Notes under the pieces: model-generated | The model's database searches: none | Seen by the model: the letters and a program-made list of their open reading frames with translations, nothing else | What the model was told of the DNA's origin: nothing | Assembly (NCBI GenBank): GCA_976551045.1 | Contig: CDPCPM010000026.1 | Coordinates: 21,638,001 to 21,702,000, forward strand | Reading direction: 5' to 3' | Length of the DNA stretch: 64,000 bases | Source of the DNA: Glaucostegus cemiculus | Taxonomy: Eukaryota | Position numbers and translations under genes: made by a program | In this document: one piece after another, positions 1 to 13,843 of the stretch | Layout: each line of letters begins with the position of its first letter | Numbering within the stretch: the stretch's first letter is position 1

Positions 1-1639
1 GGTTTGTTTTATTTATACCTTACAAGTGGACAATTCTCATTTCAGCAGTAAAGTACCATTCAGGAGGGAAAGGAAGTTAGGAGAGATGGAGCAAACATAT
101 TCTCCAAACCAGTTCCACTGAAGCCTTTTACATCCATTCTCACATTTCCTACCCTTCTTTTTTCAGAAGAAATAGTCAACAAGTTGAATAACAGTACAGA
201 TCAATACTGCCACAAAAATCAAACACCAAACATGCTAATATATCCATACGTGTTTGTTAACCCTTTAAAGATCTGTAACAATGCAAAGCACTCCAGAAAG
301 TATGGTCAAGGATATTTACAGGTCCATTTCTAGTAAAACATTCTATGGAGCATGTATAGAGCAACTAATTCTGCAGCTGAGTGGAAACCATTCCTTAATT
401 TATACCATGTGTGATCTTGAAAGAAGCTTAAAACAAACAGTTTAAACCTCTGGGATTTCAAGTAGGACTCTGCTTCTTTCGGTCAAAAAGCTTGTCCCAG
501 ACCTCAAAGTCGGAGGTATTTCTGAGAAGTCTGACCTTACATTTGCCAGGAGGATAGTCTCCAAATATGTGGTGCTGCATATTTGTGTAGCCAGCAACAA
601 AAATAAATTGAACATTAGTTATCTTAGCTGAGAGCCCTAACAATTAAAACCTTTATATCTCAGGTTCTAAAAGCTGCAACCATGTAACTCTTAAATCTTG
701 ACAATCAAAAATAGAATATAATCCTTCACCAAATCCCCAACAGGAATTATACCCCCAACTCCCCAATTCACTTATCAACAAAAGCTATGTCAAACACAGC
801 TCTCCGGAAAAGAACAACGAATTCATACATGGCACAGCCTATCAGAAGAAATAGATATTTTTGTGTAAGGAAGAGAATTAAGTTTTGAAGAATGGGATCA
901 CATCAATTTGTCCCATACACAAGTCCATAGACTTTAGTTTAGTTTAGAATTGAGAACAGTAGTCTGCTGATTTTAAATATAACAGCATATCACCAAAATT
1001 CACAGACACCACTATGTTTTGGGCAGTTTAGCAAAAGGGAGGATAATTGCAATTTCAATGCACAAAAAACAAATCAACATGAATATGAAGATAATCACCA
1101 TCCTGATAGATTATTCCCATCTCATGTATATCTTTCTGTCTTCATTAACTTGTTTGGTTTTGTTCTACAATTGTTTTCTATGCAATAAGAAGGACTGATA
1201 TAGACAAAGTGAAAAGTGAAGAACAGACAGTAAAGACCAAAGGAATGGAAAGTCATGTTGGGCGGGAAGAGAATGGCAGGGGAGTAAGGTGGAAGGGGGC
1301 ATGGAGAAAGTGGGACAGGGGAGAGGTCTGAGGAAAAAGAGATGGAAGAAATTCAGAGAATACTGTAATAAATGACAAGTAGGTATCTGTGCAAGGGGGA
1401 GGAATGCACATACACCTCTCATGGTGTTGCTTGCAAATCCAGAACTACAAAGAATTAACACAAGAGAAGAACAAGAATATTGGAAGGAGTGGGGTTGATC
1501 CATGTTTCCCAACAGGAAGGTAGTGAATTCCAAGTAGATTTCAGAAAATGTAATTTTGGATTGAGGGTGTTGCCAGGAAATTATTACCCAGCCCACATTG
1601 CCTTTTGTACTTTGCAACAATTTGACTGCCTTGCTTGGC

Positions 1640-1890
1640 CATTTAAGAAGACAGGTAAGAACAAACTGCAATGGTGAGAGCGACTTACATATAGACCAGA
1701 TGTATTAAGAAGGGCATGATTCAAACCTTTGTGGAGATAACTGAACCAGTTGGAACTTACAACAATCTGACTGCTTTATGATCACTTTTACTAAAACCAA
1801 CATCCTCTTTTCCATGGGTCAAGAATTTATCTTGCAATCAATTCAATTTCTCACCTGACAGTCATGATCTGTACCCATATGCCATGAATT
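1640..1890 (-). mobile_element. Decayed tRNA-SINE copy (same family as 21610-21950)
   Basis: Similarity by eye to 27005-27365 (TAGACCAG...ACAATCTGA...CATGAT). Confidence 0.5.
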
Positions 1891-3829
1891 ACTAAAGAGT
1901 GTACAGGAATGTAAAGAGAATTAGTATGAAATGAGGAGAGAAGAATCTACAGCTGTCAAGAGACAAAGGGTATATGTGAACTGCAGGGGACTGACTGCAG
2001 AGAGTAAATCAAAGAGAGCGTTGAAGACACTTACTGGATATGTTGTAAGTGCTATAAGTGTGTTCATGTTTGTGACTCCAGGAAGTGGAATGGGGCGGGG
2101 GGATGAATGTGATGCAGCATGGCAAATGTTAGAGACTCAGAAGTACACAACAGATGAAATTATTGCTTGAAGGTGAATTACTTGAGTGTGTGATGATGGC
2201 CCAAGCAGATAGGTTCTGGAGGTCCTGGTATTACTGACCAGCGTACAAACCCTAGACCCAGACGCACTACAGAGTTTGTTCATTCTTACTTTTGATCACA
2301 AACTAGAATTGGGAGGGGTGGGGTGGGAAGTCTTGCCAGATAATAACAAGCTACACATTTCAGAGGAACCTGGACAGTATTTGTAAGTAGGCAGAACTCT
2401 GGCAGAAAGAATAAAGTGAAGGTAATGTACATTTGTTGTAATAAACATGTAAATGTAAAGAGTACTTGACTAGCTAGAGAAGAGGGTGAAAAGGACGATA
2501 GATTCAACAATGAGCATGCCCAGGCACCACAGAGCTGCAAGCAACAAACCTGGATTAATTTCTGAGCTGCATTGTCAAATGAGTAGAAAAAGTATTTGAA
2601 CCCAAGAAACTAAAGCTTTGATCTTGCTGCCCATGTTGCATTCTTGGGTATCAAGAGAAAGTTTCAGACCCTGGAACTGCTGCATAGGAGGGTCAGAAAG
2701 CAGATCTATGATCCTAGAGGTCTGAGTACTGAGGTAAAGCTAAAACCTGAGAGTCTTTCAGCATAGAAAAGAAACAGTTAGGATATATATGGCACCCAGT
2801 GGAATACAAAAAGGCAAATCCTAAGTACTAAATCAAACCAAATTACAACTGCATGACAAGTAAGCACTGAAAATTAAGAACTTCACAGACAATGCAAGAG
2901 AGCATTGCTTCTTAGGATGAATGGGTAGAAGCAGGAATAATGGTTACATTGAACCAGGTTACAGCCTCTTAGGATAAATGGGCTATGTGGGCCAAATGGC
3001 CTTGACTTATCTTTTTGAATTTTGCATTGAAAAGTACAGGCAGCACGTGTACAGGATTGATACTGTGTAATTAGTCAGGAAGAGTACGAGTGAGTGTCAG
3101 AACCACAGAGTCCAGAATCAGAATAAAGTGATGAGTTCACACTAATAGATATTGGTTAATCTAACAAATTTCATACTAACTTTATGTATAGTTTCCTATA
3201 GACCCTAGGAGGTGCTGCAATGGGAGTCAACATTTATATTCCAGATTTACTTAATTGACTAAAATGGATCAGAGTATTGATTAATGAGTCAGGCAATCAG
3301 TCATGTGAAGCCTGTTGAACAACAGCCTGAGGGGCCAGTCTTCAGAAAGCTTGATGTTGAACCCTGATTAAATAGGAAGGTTTTTCTTTAAATAAAACAA
3401 AATAATTTGCTCTCTTGTGTCACTCCCTTATGCTTACATTAAATGTGGAATCCTCAAGCCACCTAACCTCATTGGACCATTTGAACTGACAGCAGAAAAA
3501 TACAATTTTTTTTCTGCTCCACATATTAAAGTACTTCTAACTTCAGCAATATTTCTTCTAATCTGAGGACAGTTCTTCCAGGTTATTGTCTTCACCAATT
3601 TTACATCAAACGTTTGTGCAAAGCTGGTACATTCATGATTAATTTAAACAATATACAAAGTTTCTAATTGCCTTTTTTTTCCTAACATCAAATATATAAA
3701 AAAGAGCTCTGAAGGACAACCGTTCATTAGCAAATATTTGCTTTGGAAATACCATATATGGAGAAATTAATGATTGCTGTTCACTGTGATTCAGGAGGAA
3801 CCACATTGGAAGAATGTTGCTTTCCTTAC

Positions 3830-4326
3830 CTTGTATAATTTCAAGCTGGCTTCATGCCTTGAGTTGACGGTGTGCAGTCGCAGCTTCTCGATGCTATTGG
3901 TGTAGTAGTCGCATGCGTTGCATTTCAAGTGCACTGGGTTCCCAATGGCTACACATTTCAGCCGCCACTCATTGGCCTTGCCTCCTTCCTTGATGTGTGC
4001 CACAAGCTGATATTTCTGCACGTGCTTATCTGTCTTACAGTGCAACTGGAAGTTGGCCTTGAGCTGGGTGTTGTAGCGGCAGAGCTTACACTGGTAGGAA
4101 TCACCAATGACTGCTTTCCACTCCTCCTCGGGCAGGTGGCGCTCAATGTTCATGTGCAGACCGAGTGTCTCCAGGTTGTCCGTGGTGAATCGGTTGCAAA
4201 CAGCACACTGAAAAAGCTTCAAGGAAGGGTCATTTGTAGTTGTGAACGTTTCACCAAGGTTCATGAGTTCTTCTGACACCAGCTGCCCACCTCCCAGTCG
4301 CATGTCAATAGGAATCTCACCACCAA
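3830..4326 (-). CDS. ZFHX3: ZFHX3 next coding exon (497 bp), zinc fingers CAVC, CKLC and CNAC
   Basis: Acceptor TTCTTTGGTTTTATGCAG|TT; the upstream exon's last G plus TT gives Val, reading [29 protein letters not shown]...[11 protein letters not shown]. Donor AAG|GTAAGG at 3830/3829. Frame is preserved across the intron. Confidence 0.97.
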
Positions 4327-5131
4327 CTGCATAAAACCAAAGAATAAAGAGAAAGAATGAAATGCTTGGTGACAGTGCCGGAAAGTGATGTCCAAACCCT
4401 GAATTCTTCTAAAGCCAACACTGACAATGCTGTGTCTATTAATGAGGTCCAATCTCCCATCATTTTCTGGGGATAAAATCTGCTGCATGGTAACGCTTTA
4501 TGCAAATTAAATGGCCAATATGCTGCAATGTTCAATTGGTAGAGATGAGAGTGAGCAATGCCTATTTACTTGATTTGTTGACGGTAAGCCGTGCTTAAGA
4601 CTTTGCTATATGCTCTTGTCCCTGAATACAAGACTGAGATGGTCAAAACTCATTTTACTTCTGATCAGTTATTAGCCTTCAGGGACAGTGATTCCTATCA
4701 GCTAATGCCAGATTAGATTTAAACTTTAGCCTGTACAGGTTTCAAAGGTAAACATGTAGTATGCACGTAGCAATAGAAAGAAAAGCTCAAAATGTAGCCA
4801 ACCAAGCTCAAAATTGCTTATATTTGCATTATTTGACGAGACAATTAAGTGCAACACTATTTTAGAATGCAACTTAAAAGAAAGATTTATTATTCATTTT
4901 AACTACAATCAACTACAATCAGCCTCCAAGGATATTGGTGATGGTGACCATTTTGGTGTCGCACAGAAATTAATCAGGACTGCAGAACACACCTCATATT
5001 AAAGTCATTTCAAAAGAACAACATCTTAATCCAACCCAGGAATTGCTTTCTTTACTGAGAATTCTTCCATATATCCCTCACTTGGTTGAGGAATGCAAGA
5101 TTTCCTAATCTTTTGAAAATATCGGCACCTA

Positions 5132-5287
5132 AAATGCTGGAAGTACACTCAAGGTCAATCAGCATCTGGAGAAAGAATAACACTTTGAGCTAAAATCCTT
5201 TTGATGAATTTCTGAACACTAAATTGCCTGTTCTTTATGTGGTTTCTAACTGAAATACTGGGTGTTTCTTATACTGTTTTTATTTCA
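5132..5287. mobile_element. Short inverted (palindromic) Penelope-tail-derived element
   Basis: The left arm (AAAATGCTGGAAGTACACTC..CAGCATCTG) is the reverse complement of the recurrent CAGATGCTG..TGAGT..TCCAGCATTTT motif; the right arm is a decayed forward copy. Confidence 0.45.
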
Positions 5288-6020
5288 TTTAAACACCATT
5301 AGGAATTTTTGATATTATCTTAAAGCAAAATGATGTCAATGTACAATGAGGGTTTTCTTGGCCAACCTAATATTTAGAATGGCAATTCAAAACTGGTCCA
5401 AGTCTGCTGATCAGCACAGACAGAAGAAAAAGAAAAACATCCTTAATGATTTCAGCTACAAACTGAAAAATAGACAGCTTGGGAAAAAGCAAGCAAGTTA
5501 AAGAAACATACTCAATACAGAAAACAGTTTTAAATAGCTGCAGTGAAACTTGTGTTATGTCTCAGCAACAGCAAAGAGGTAGAGCTAATTATCCCATTAC
5601 TGCGTCAATACATCCATTTAACAGAGTTGTGTCAGTGCCAGTGCGATGGGTGAGCTCATCAGTGGAAGGTGAAAACCTCTGTGCTGTACAGATCTGTCTA
5701 ATGCCTCTTACTACACAATCTTTAATACATCATTGACCAGACAAAACCAAGAGCTGACCTTGTCCAACTTACAGTAAATTAATAACAACAAGCTCTTTAT
5801 TTATAGCACAGAAGCTCTGCAACTATGAATGGCACTTCCTAATTTCAGAAAATTCAATTCCTAGGAAGAATCAGCTTTAAATTCAGTTTATGGTTTCACA
5901 CTTTTCAAAAAGATGAATTTATTCAGTTCTCTCCACCTGATGCCCTCCACCACCTCTAAACCGCTTCCCCACTTTCCAGACCGCCTTTCTCAAAGAAATG
6001 AATTTCTACGACCGTGTAAT

Positions 6021-6036
6021 GCTCCATCTAGTGGTT
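6021..6036 (-). promoter_or_regulatory. Candidate CTCF site
   Basis: Minus strand AACCACTAGATGGAGC, close to the CTCF core CCASYAGRKGGCRS (motif match only). Confidence 0.45.
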
Positions 6037-6079
6037 GGGCTGAAAACTGGAGGATCCCATCCGCTGAGAGCATAAAACC

Positions 6080-6341
6080 TAGAACATAGATATACCTACA
6101 GCACAATTCAGGCCCTTCGGCTCACAAAGCTGTGCCAAACATGCCCCCACACTATTAGGCTTACCCATAGCCTTCTATCTTATTTACCTCCATATACCTA
6201 TCCAACAGTCTCTTGAAAGACCCTAACGTATCCGCCTCCACCACCATCTCCGGCAGCCCATTCCACGCACTCACCACTCTCTGAGTAAAAAACTTACCCC
6301 TAACATCTCCCCTATATCTTCTCCCCAGCACCTTAAACCTA
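6080..6341 (-). mobile_element. CR1/HER1 LINE 3' fragment
   Basis: AGAACATAG tail, GGCCCTTCGGC stem, and a close match to 30098-30370. Confidence 0.85.
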
Positions 6342-8059
6342 TTTGGATTAACTAATTACACTTAGGATTCAGAATTCCTCTTTAACCAATGGACCACTTC
6401 ATCCAAAGCAAATTCTAGCACTATCCCTAGCATTAAACTTTCAAATCTGTCAGTAGAATCAGCCAAATAAAATTATCTATACCACAGTGTTATGATGAAA
6501 ATCAACCCTTGCATGCAATATCACCATGACATCTGGTTTACAAGTTAAAAACTATCACTGCTGAAGAAAGCAGTCAACGTTAAACAACGCCTGCTCTCAG
6601 GAGCACGTTCAAAGGCAATACAGCCTATTCCTGCTTCTCTTTCTTTTGTTTCAAAAGTGTCAGAAGAATGCAGCTTTGCCATGTGTTTTTGATCTAGGAA
6701 TGATCCTCTTCAAAAGGGCACAAGCTGATCTGTGACTGCGCCCAACGAGTTTGCTCTTTGGTTGTCTGATAAGAAGTCTAACAGCAATGGGGGACTAAGG
6801 TTGCTACACCTTCAGCTTTCCCATTTGGGAAGTCCCTATTCTCAAGACAGTTTGTGCTGGTTCAGAAGTCATTGAGCAACCACCATTGGGAGAAATCCAT
6901 TTAATACCACAGTGCTAAAGGACCCTAATCAACAGGCTGCACTGCTGCTACAATGCAAGCATGCTCCCTGCCACCTGAACCTTTGACTGTTCTAAGCCAA
7001 CAGTATGATCACTCCAGTATCCAAGTGGTCCACAAACTTTCTCTACAATAATAGTGTCCAGACTTATTGTGCTTAAAATGCTGACCCTCTACATGTTAAC
7101 CAGGGCACACTACAATATATTTAAACTGAAATATAGCCAGTACTAAGAGAAGATTTTGGCTTCAGTTTCAAGTATTTTTTATGAAAGTTGTGATCACCCT
7201 GTCATTACACACTGAGTCTTGCTTTTGGCCATCTTCACTGATGTTGTAGAAATTTAATAAAGTGAGATTTTATGTATTGTTGGGTCTGCATTTACCTGCT
7301 GATTACAACACACATATGTCTGCTATTTATTTCTTCTTGAGGTTACAGCCAAATTAGTTGATACATTTGTAAATGTGAAAGACAACTGATGTACTACATC
7401 TGTGGCATATTTTTTTGTTGGCAACACAGTGGGTGGTTATTGAAGATAACCATGAATTCAAAGTCCCTGTGCAGTAGTTTATGACATTCATCATTTTCTG
7501 TCAGATTCTGAACACAACAGAATATTTTTTCACTTGGTAAAAGGCTTAGAATACTACAAAAAGAATAGTTTGCAAGGTAGGTTCCTTCCAAAGCAAGTGG
7601 CATAAGGAAATGCTTGGAAATTTTTGACCAAAAAGAATATCAAACCATAAGCTACAATTAAGAGCTAAGTACAAATTTCTGAACAGGAGATGGAGATGAT
7701 CTGGGTCATATAGAATGGAGCTGTGAAAAACCACCCTACAGTGATCACTACTCAAGAAGGGTGAAAGAGATAGTCCAAAATAGACACTGTGAAGAACAGC
7801 AGAGAAAGGGGTGAAGGCAAGTGACAATGTGGGATACCACCATTGCACCACAGACCAACAGGACTGAGGATATCTCCTAAAGACCTAAATGCCATTTGAG
7901 TCAATGAAAAGGATTAACTAAATTAACAAATTAGTGAGAATCACAATGGAATAGTTGACTCAAAGCAGCATTGGACACTGCCTAAGAACTGATTTTCAAG
8001 CTTTATGAGTTTCCATCTAAGGAACAGGACATTCAGTTGAATTGGGCTTGCGATATCCA

Positions 8060-8650
8060 CAGGAGCTTTCTCCTACCTGTTATCATGTAATCCTGGACAT
8101 ATCCTTCTGTTCTTTTCCCACCATGTACTTATCTAATTTCCCCTTGAACACATCCATGTCACTGGCTTCAGAAATGGTTTGTGGTAGCAAGTTCCGCATT
8201 CTTATCACTCTTTGGAAAAGAAGTTTCATCTGGATTTGTTGTTGGATTTATTTGGGACTATCTCACAACTATGCAGCCTAGTTTTGCTTTCTCTCACAAG
8301 TAAAAAACATCACTTTTCACATCTATCCCTCCAAACCTTTTCATAACCATAAAGACATCAATCAGATCATCACCCAGTCTTTAGGAAAGAATCAAATCTT
8401 TCCTTTCATATAGAGATAATAACTGTGCACAATCCTTAAAATATGGTCTATTAGAAGTTCAATCTGTCTTTAAATTCTACGCTCTCAAAATGAACCCAGA
8501 ATTGTCTTTTTTATGGCCTTAAGGTGCTTCACTATTTTAAGTGATTTCTGTTTGTATCATTAGATCCTTTTGAGACTCATTATCTGAATACTATGTGGCA
8601 TTCATTTCTTTTTACCAAAATAAACCACCTCGCATTCAATTGTCATAAGG
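8060..8650 (-). mobile_element. Old degraded CR1 LINE 3' fragment
   Basis: GTTCCGCATTCTTATCACTCTTTGGAAAAGAAGTTT and AAAATAAACCACCTCGCATT resemble the reverse CR1 ORF2 C-terminus seen at 57846-58868. Confidence 0.6.
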
Positions 8651-11254
8651 CTGTATCATCCACATAAACATTTAATGCAAAGAGAGAAACAAAGCACAGA
8701 GCGATTTTATCAGCACACATAGAGTCTGCACTAGTTTTCACTTTTAAACTTTGGATTTGAATCTGCAACCTGCTACGAACACTTCCAAATCAACAGAATA
8801 AATGATGAAGCTAAGAAAAGTCTTTCAGCAGTTCATGAACTGAAGGGTTAAATGAATAATGAAATTCTGTTCTTCTCCAGCAAATGCCCATTGAAGGCAT
8901 CCCGTATGAATTTGATAGAAAAAATCATGCTGAACTCTGCAGTGCTTATGTGAAATTGAAATTCCAAAGAAACAAACAGTCCAACATGCAAACTATAAGC
9001 AAAATGAAGCAATATTTTTCCCACACATTCTTTTTTACACACAACACATATAGGGAAGTGCATGAGAAACAAAGATTGGCTTTCCAAACTTTTCAAGGTG
9101 GAGTAAGAAAAAATTGTGAAAAAGAAAGAGAACTAAAGAGACTAAACACAGGAAGATTCATTTGATGGCATATTTTACCAGTGAAATATTTATAAATGGC
9201 AAGTTGTCTAAAAATCTAAAAAATTTGCAGTATTTCCAAACATTTAAGACACTAATATTACACGTTTTGAGAAAAGTATACAGTTGCTATCTGTATAGGT
9301 TTAATTCACTTGGTTTGTATAAAAGTTTCAAAAATTTGTTTTACTTTGTGTGACTGAACTACTAAAGGAATAATGAAAGATTTGTATGTAAGGGGAAGAG
9401 GTAGCTTCAGGCGAGGGCTATGACTATTAACATAACGTGGATCTTCTCACTCTTCCTCCCAATCTTTAATCAATATTTCTTGAGGTATAAGAGCATGCAC
9501 AAATGGAGTCTGTGGTTTAAAACATTTGTTCATGTTTTTGTGCCATCAAAAGCTCAGAAGCCACAAATTTATTAAGAATAGGTTTTGACTTTTATTTCTA
9601 CAGGTATGGAAAAGGGAAATCAAGCGATGAATTCTTGTGGCATCAAATAAGGATTGAGAAGGGACTAAATTATAACATGGATATAGATAATCACCAAAGT
9701 AACTCTTCCCAAGTGGTTAATAAAAAATGTAAAGATAGGTTGGCATACTGAATGGATTTCTCACAAGGCATTTTTCTGGTCAAGAACATTAGCTTTAACA
9801 GTTGTATGCTCTCTTTAAAGCAAAACTTGTCAAGAGCTCTTGCTATACTATTTTTATTCCGTGGAATATGTATTCAGTTTTAGAACCACTATTTTCATTC
9901 CCATATTTGGATAAACCAGGATATGCTCACCACTTAAAATCTCAATAGTCATTTTTCTTTCACCCACTCATTAGAAACAATTGCTAAACGTTCCCTTAGC
10001 AACCAGCTGGTTACCAATGAACCTAACTACATTAACCTTGCAGTCATAGAAATGACAAAAGAAATTATGAGCCTTTTTGATTCACCAACTCATCACTTAT
10101 ATTCTTATTTTTTAACTTATTCTGTGTTACGCTGCAGCCTAATGATTACTGTTGTAGTCACTCTGTGACTTGAGATATTTGGTTAAACATGGTCACAAGG
10201 CAATTATCATTTTAAAGGGCCCTAATGCCTATCTATTTTTTATCCCATTATAGCCTTCTATATCTGAGAGTTTGACTAAGATGGAAGGGGTTAAAATAAG
10301 GACAACATCAGAGACACTGCCAACGTTCCCATCCATCCCTCCATCACAGTGTTGAAACACTTCTTCAAAACAATCCATTCACTAAATACCTCTCTCTCAC
10401 ACAAATTAATTGGAGATTGTTCCATTGGCCTGGATTTTGCCTTATTGAAAAAGCTTTGCTACTTGCTGTTGATCTTGAAGAAGCTAGTCCCTAAAACTTC
10501 AGAGGAATCTGTGCTATACTTTTTGCATTTCCAAAAGCCAAGTACAATCAGGCACCTTCTGTAGGCAACTGTGGAATCCAGCTACAATGTTATGGTCAAA
10601 CTGTCTGTGTAGCCAGTCAAGTTACAACAGACTGCATAACAATGAAAAAAAAATCTAATTTTTTTTACCTAATTTTGTAACTATTTAACAAAAATCAAAA
10701 TAGAGATTGGGACACTCAAATAATTGAGGAGAAGCTGAAATATGAAACACTAAAACAACTAAGCTTATTATAGTCATAGACTTTATGATTCTACAGTCCT
10801 TTATTATCTTAAATTCATGGAATTTTGAATTTTTTTTGTGACAATTAGACAATATAAAATTAGTTTTTTGGTATTGCTGAATTGTTGAACAGTATTTATG
10901 GCTTACTATGCTGCTAAATAAGACATCATTTAACATAGCTAAATATTTTAGATGGATTTTGCTGTGATATTTTATGTGTAAAGGTAAAAAAATGAATCAA
11001 ATCTCCAATTCTGTCTTGATTGCCTTCGAAGGCTGCAAAAGAATATCACAGTTATCTTCTTCTCGATATCTGTATTCCACTGCATATTTGTGAATGTCAT
11101 AAGTTGCCGTCAGTTTTGCAGTTTAATAACAGCAGATGCTGATTTTGCTGCCACTACTCGATATACATTTCCAGCCCATATGTTTGCAGTTTACTTCCAA
11201 CCAGTAAGATCATTTAGAATAGTGTCTTAAGTGAACTTGTTGCATGGTCATGAA

Positions 11255-11445
11255 TGGATGGAAAAGCAAGTTGTGAGGAGGACACAAAGAGTCTGCAAAG
11301 GGATATAGATGGGTTAAGCAAGTTGACAAACATTTGGCTAGTGGAATATAATATGGGAATAGTTGAGATTATCCATTTTAGTAGGAAGAATACTAAACCA
11401 GACTACTGTTCAAATGGATAAAGAACGTTGTTGTTCAGAGGTATT
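11255..11445 (+). mobile_element. CR1 reverse transcriptase fragment
   Basis: Translates to EEDTKSLQRDIDGLSKLTNIWLVEYNMGIVEIIHFSRKN, homologous to the CR1 LQxDLD...WQMEFN..KCEVxHFG region. Confidence 0.75.
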
Positions 11446-13594
11446 TACCCTTGCTCATTTTAAGCATTTTAGATTTAGTAGCTGGATTCAAATTTAGCTG
11501 AGACTATTAAGGAGTCCCTTCTCCATTGACAATGAATGGTTCTTAAAGTGCATGATGTGTATGCATGAAATGATTTGGGGTAATTTCAATTCACTTCCTA
11601 TTAAGCTGATTTATGAATAATTGCTCATTTCTTTCAGAGAAAACACCAGGAGAGAGATAGTAAGGACACCAAGACCTGGACCAAGGTTATTGCTGGGGCA
11701 AAACTTAACCTTTTATTGAGCATCACTGTACACAAATTTCTTGACTCCTCAGTGTTGATATTGCTCACTTTATAGAGGACAGTATTCACAAAAACATAGA
11801 TGGGAACATAGTTAGAAATAGATGGGATTATCCTGTACCATTCTGGTTACCATATACATTTTTTAATATTGGTGACCCTTAATGACCCTGTTGATCAAGG
11901 ATTGGGATAAATGAATAAATCCAAATCTTCCTAGAATTTAAATGGTGAGCACAGAAGTGCCAGAGCCAACTGTAAAACTTGCTGTTTCTTAAAATTTGAC
12001 AACTATAGCCTTAAACACTGCTTCAGGATAAGTTCCAAAGAATTGAGAATGACATTATAATAAAGGGCTACTGGTATTATACATCTCACAATGTAAGCAT
12101 TCTAATTCATATGAGAATTAAACAGATGGTAAAAATTAGTTACAGTGATCAATTTTTAATTATTGTGAAGAAACGTGGGTTAAACAAGCCTGTGCAATAA
12201 CACATTGGCACTAATCAAGTAAACTACTGCAGGCATCTACATTACAATGTAATTAACTCTTTATATTCTAGCCAACAAATAACAACAACATTTATTGCAG
12301 CAATTCAGAAAACCATTGGTAAACCACCCAAAAATGTTAATTATCATTTTAATAGAATGTGTATAAGCAATAAATAACAGTACACAGGTTTGGAAAACCA
12401 CGCATGTATTAAACAGGTTTAAAAAATCTGCGTGAAAGTGCTATGAATAAAATAATTATAAAGTCAAAACATTTTAGTCTTTATTATAATTTGGATTATT
12501 TATCTTGTGACCATCTATATTACTGTATAATTTTTTATATTATGCCTAATTAAACCAAGGAGCACCTGAGCCCAATTTTGTAACCTCTCTTTGCTTTCTT
12601 TTTCCCCTAGTTTGGAACACTGCCATCATTACCACAGGGGACCTGGAAACCCCACCAAGCAACATTTTCAAGAAGTCCTATTACCAAGAGATTCTTTCTA
12701 ACAATACCACTGAAAATAAAACAAGGATCCAAATCCTACCACATAAGCTCAATGGCAGATGTCATGAGATTCAGTGCAATGCGTTAAAATATGCTCGGGC
12801 ACTCTGATCTTTTTTAATCACTTTGCAGGAGATTACATTTAATGTATTATAATGTGCTCTGGCAGGAATCCAAGTCCAATATTCTTGTAAGAGCATGTTA
12901 ATAATACAGGACTATGGCTCATTCTCCCCCTACTGAGAGCTACTGTAGCAAACAGGGGGAAAGTGCTGTGATTATCAGAGGGAAAATTTTTAAAAACCTG
13001 TGAAAACTGGAAAGAAGCATGATTTTTGGGTTTCTATGAAAAGGAGTTGATGGGAAAGGGAGTCAAAATGGTGCAGTGAAGACAGGGCTGTGATTTAAGT
13101 AGTGTTTTGGGTCATGTTATTTTTTCCAATAAATTTATGTTCTTTTTTTTAAACCTTAAGTCCTGGCAAATTTCTGTCCCAACCAACACTTCCAAAAGTT
13201 GATCTTTAATTGCACTGATCTGCTGTAGTTCATTGGAGCTTTTATTTTCCGTTCTTTATTAAATACAACATTAACGCCACAGTCACCAACCAAGGACAAA
13301 TTTTAACTGTGCCTTGGTTAAAGTTTAAAAAAACAGCAAACAAACAGGAACTTGACTGATTGAACTGGGGGTATATGGCCAATTTGCAACTTCTTCTGAA
13401 ATTTACCTTTTGGCAAAGAAAACAACTGATTATTAGGATAATGGCAGTAAATCACTGGGTGCATTATTCAAAATACTAGCACTACAATGCTAACTTGATT
13501 ACAGTGAAGGGTGAAACTAAACCTATAGCTTAAGATATAGCTAAAAACCCTTGCTCAGGCACAGATAACAAATATTTCAAACTTGAAAATGTTT

Positions 13595-13843
13595 GGGCGG
13601 CATGATAGCATAGCGGTTAGCGTGATGCTGTCACAGCGTCAGCGATCGGGGTTCGATTCCCGTCGCTGACTGTAAGGAGTTTGTACGTTCTCCCGTGTCT
13701 GCATGGGTTTCCTCCGGGTGCTCCGGTTTCCTCCCACATTCTAAAAGGTGTACGGGTAGGTTAATTTGGGGGTTTAAAATGGGCGGCGCGGACTCGTTGG
13801 GCCGAAAGGGCCTGTTACCACGCTGGAAATAAAAATTTAACAA
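13595..13843 (+). mobile_element. HE1-like V-SINE with CR1/HER1 tail and target-site duplication
   Basis: tRNA-like head with B box GTTCGATTCC (13651-13660); V-domain GGGTTTCCTCCGGGTGCTCCGGTTTCCTCCCACA; tail GGGCCGAAAGGGCCTGTT. TSD GAAAATGTTT (13585-13594) / GAAAATATTT (13844-13853). Confidence 0.9.

Noticed and set aside
1165-1671. 168-aa minus-strand ORF
   Set aside because: Antisense of a purine-rich decayed repeat; does not match the expected next ZFHX3 exon (recalled as starting HLQQHE), which I did not find in the window.
3791-3829. ORF tail [12 protein letters not shown]
   Set aside because: Read-through past the GTAAGG donor; intronic.
13595-13670. tRNA-like sequence (also near 36960 and 49320)
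   Set aside because: SINE heads followed by a V-domain, not tRNA genes.
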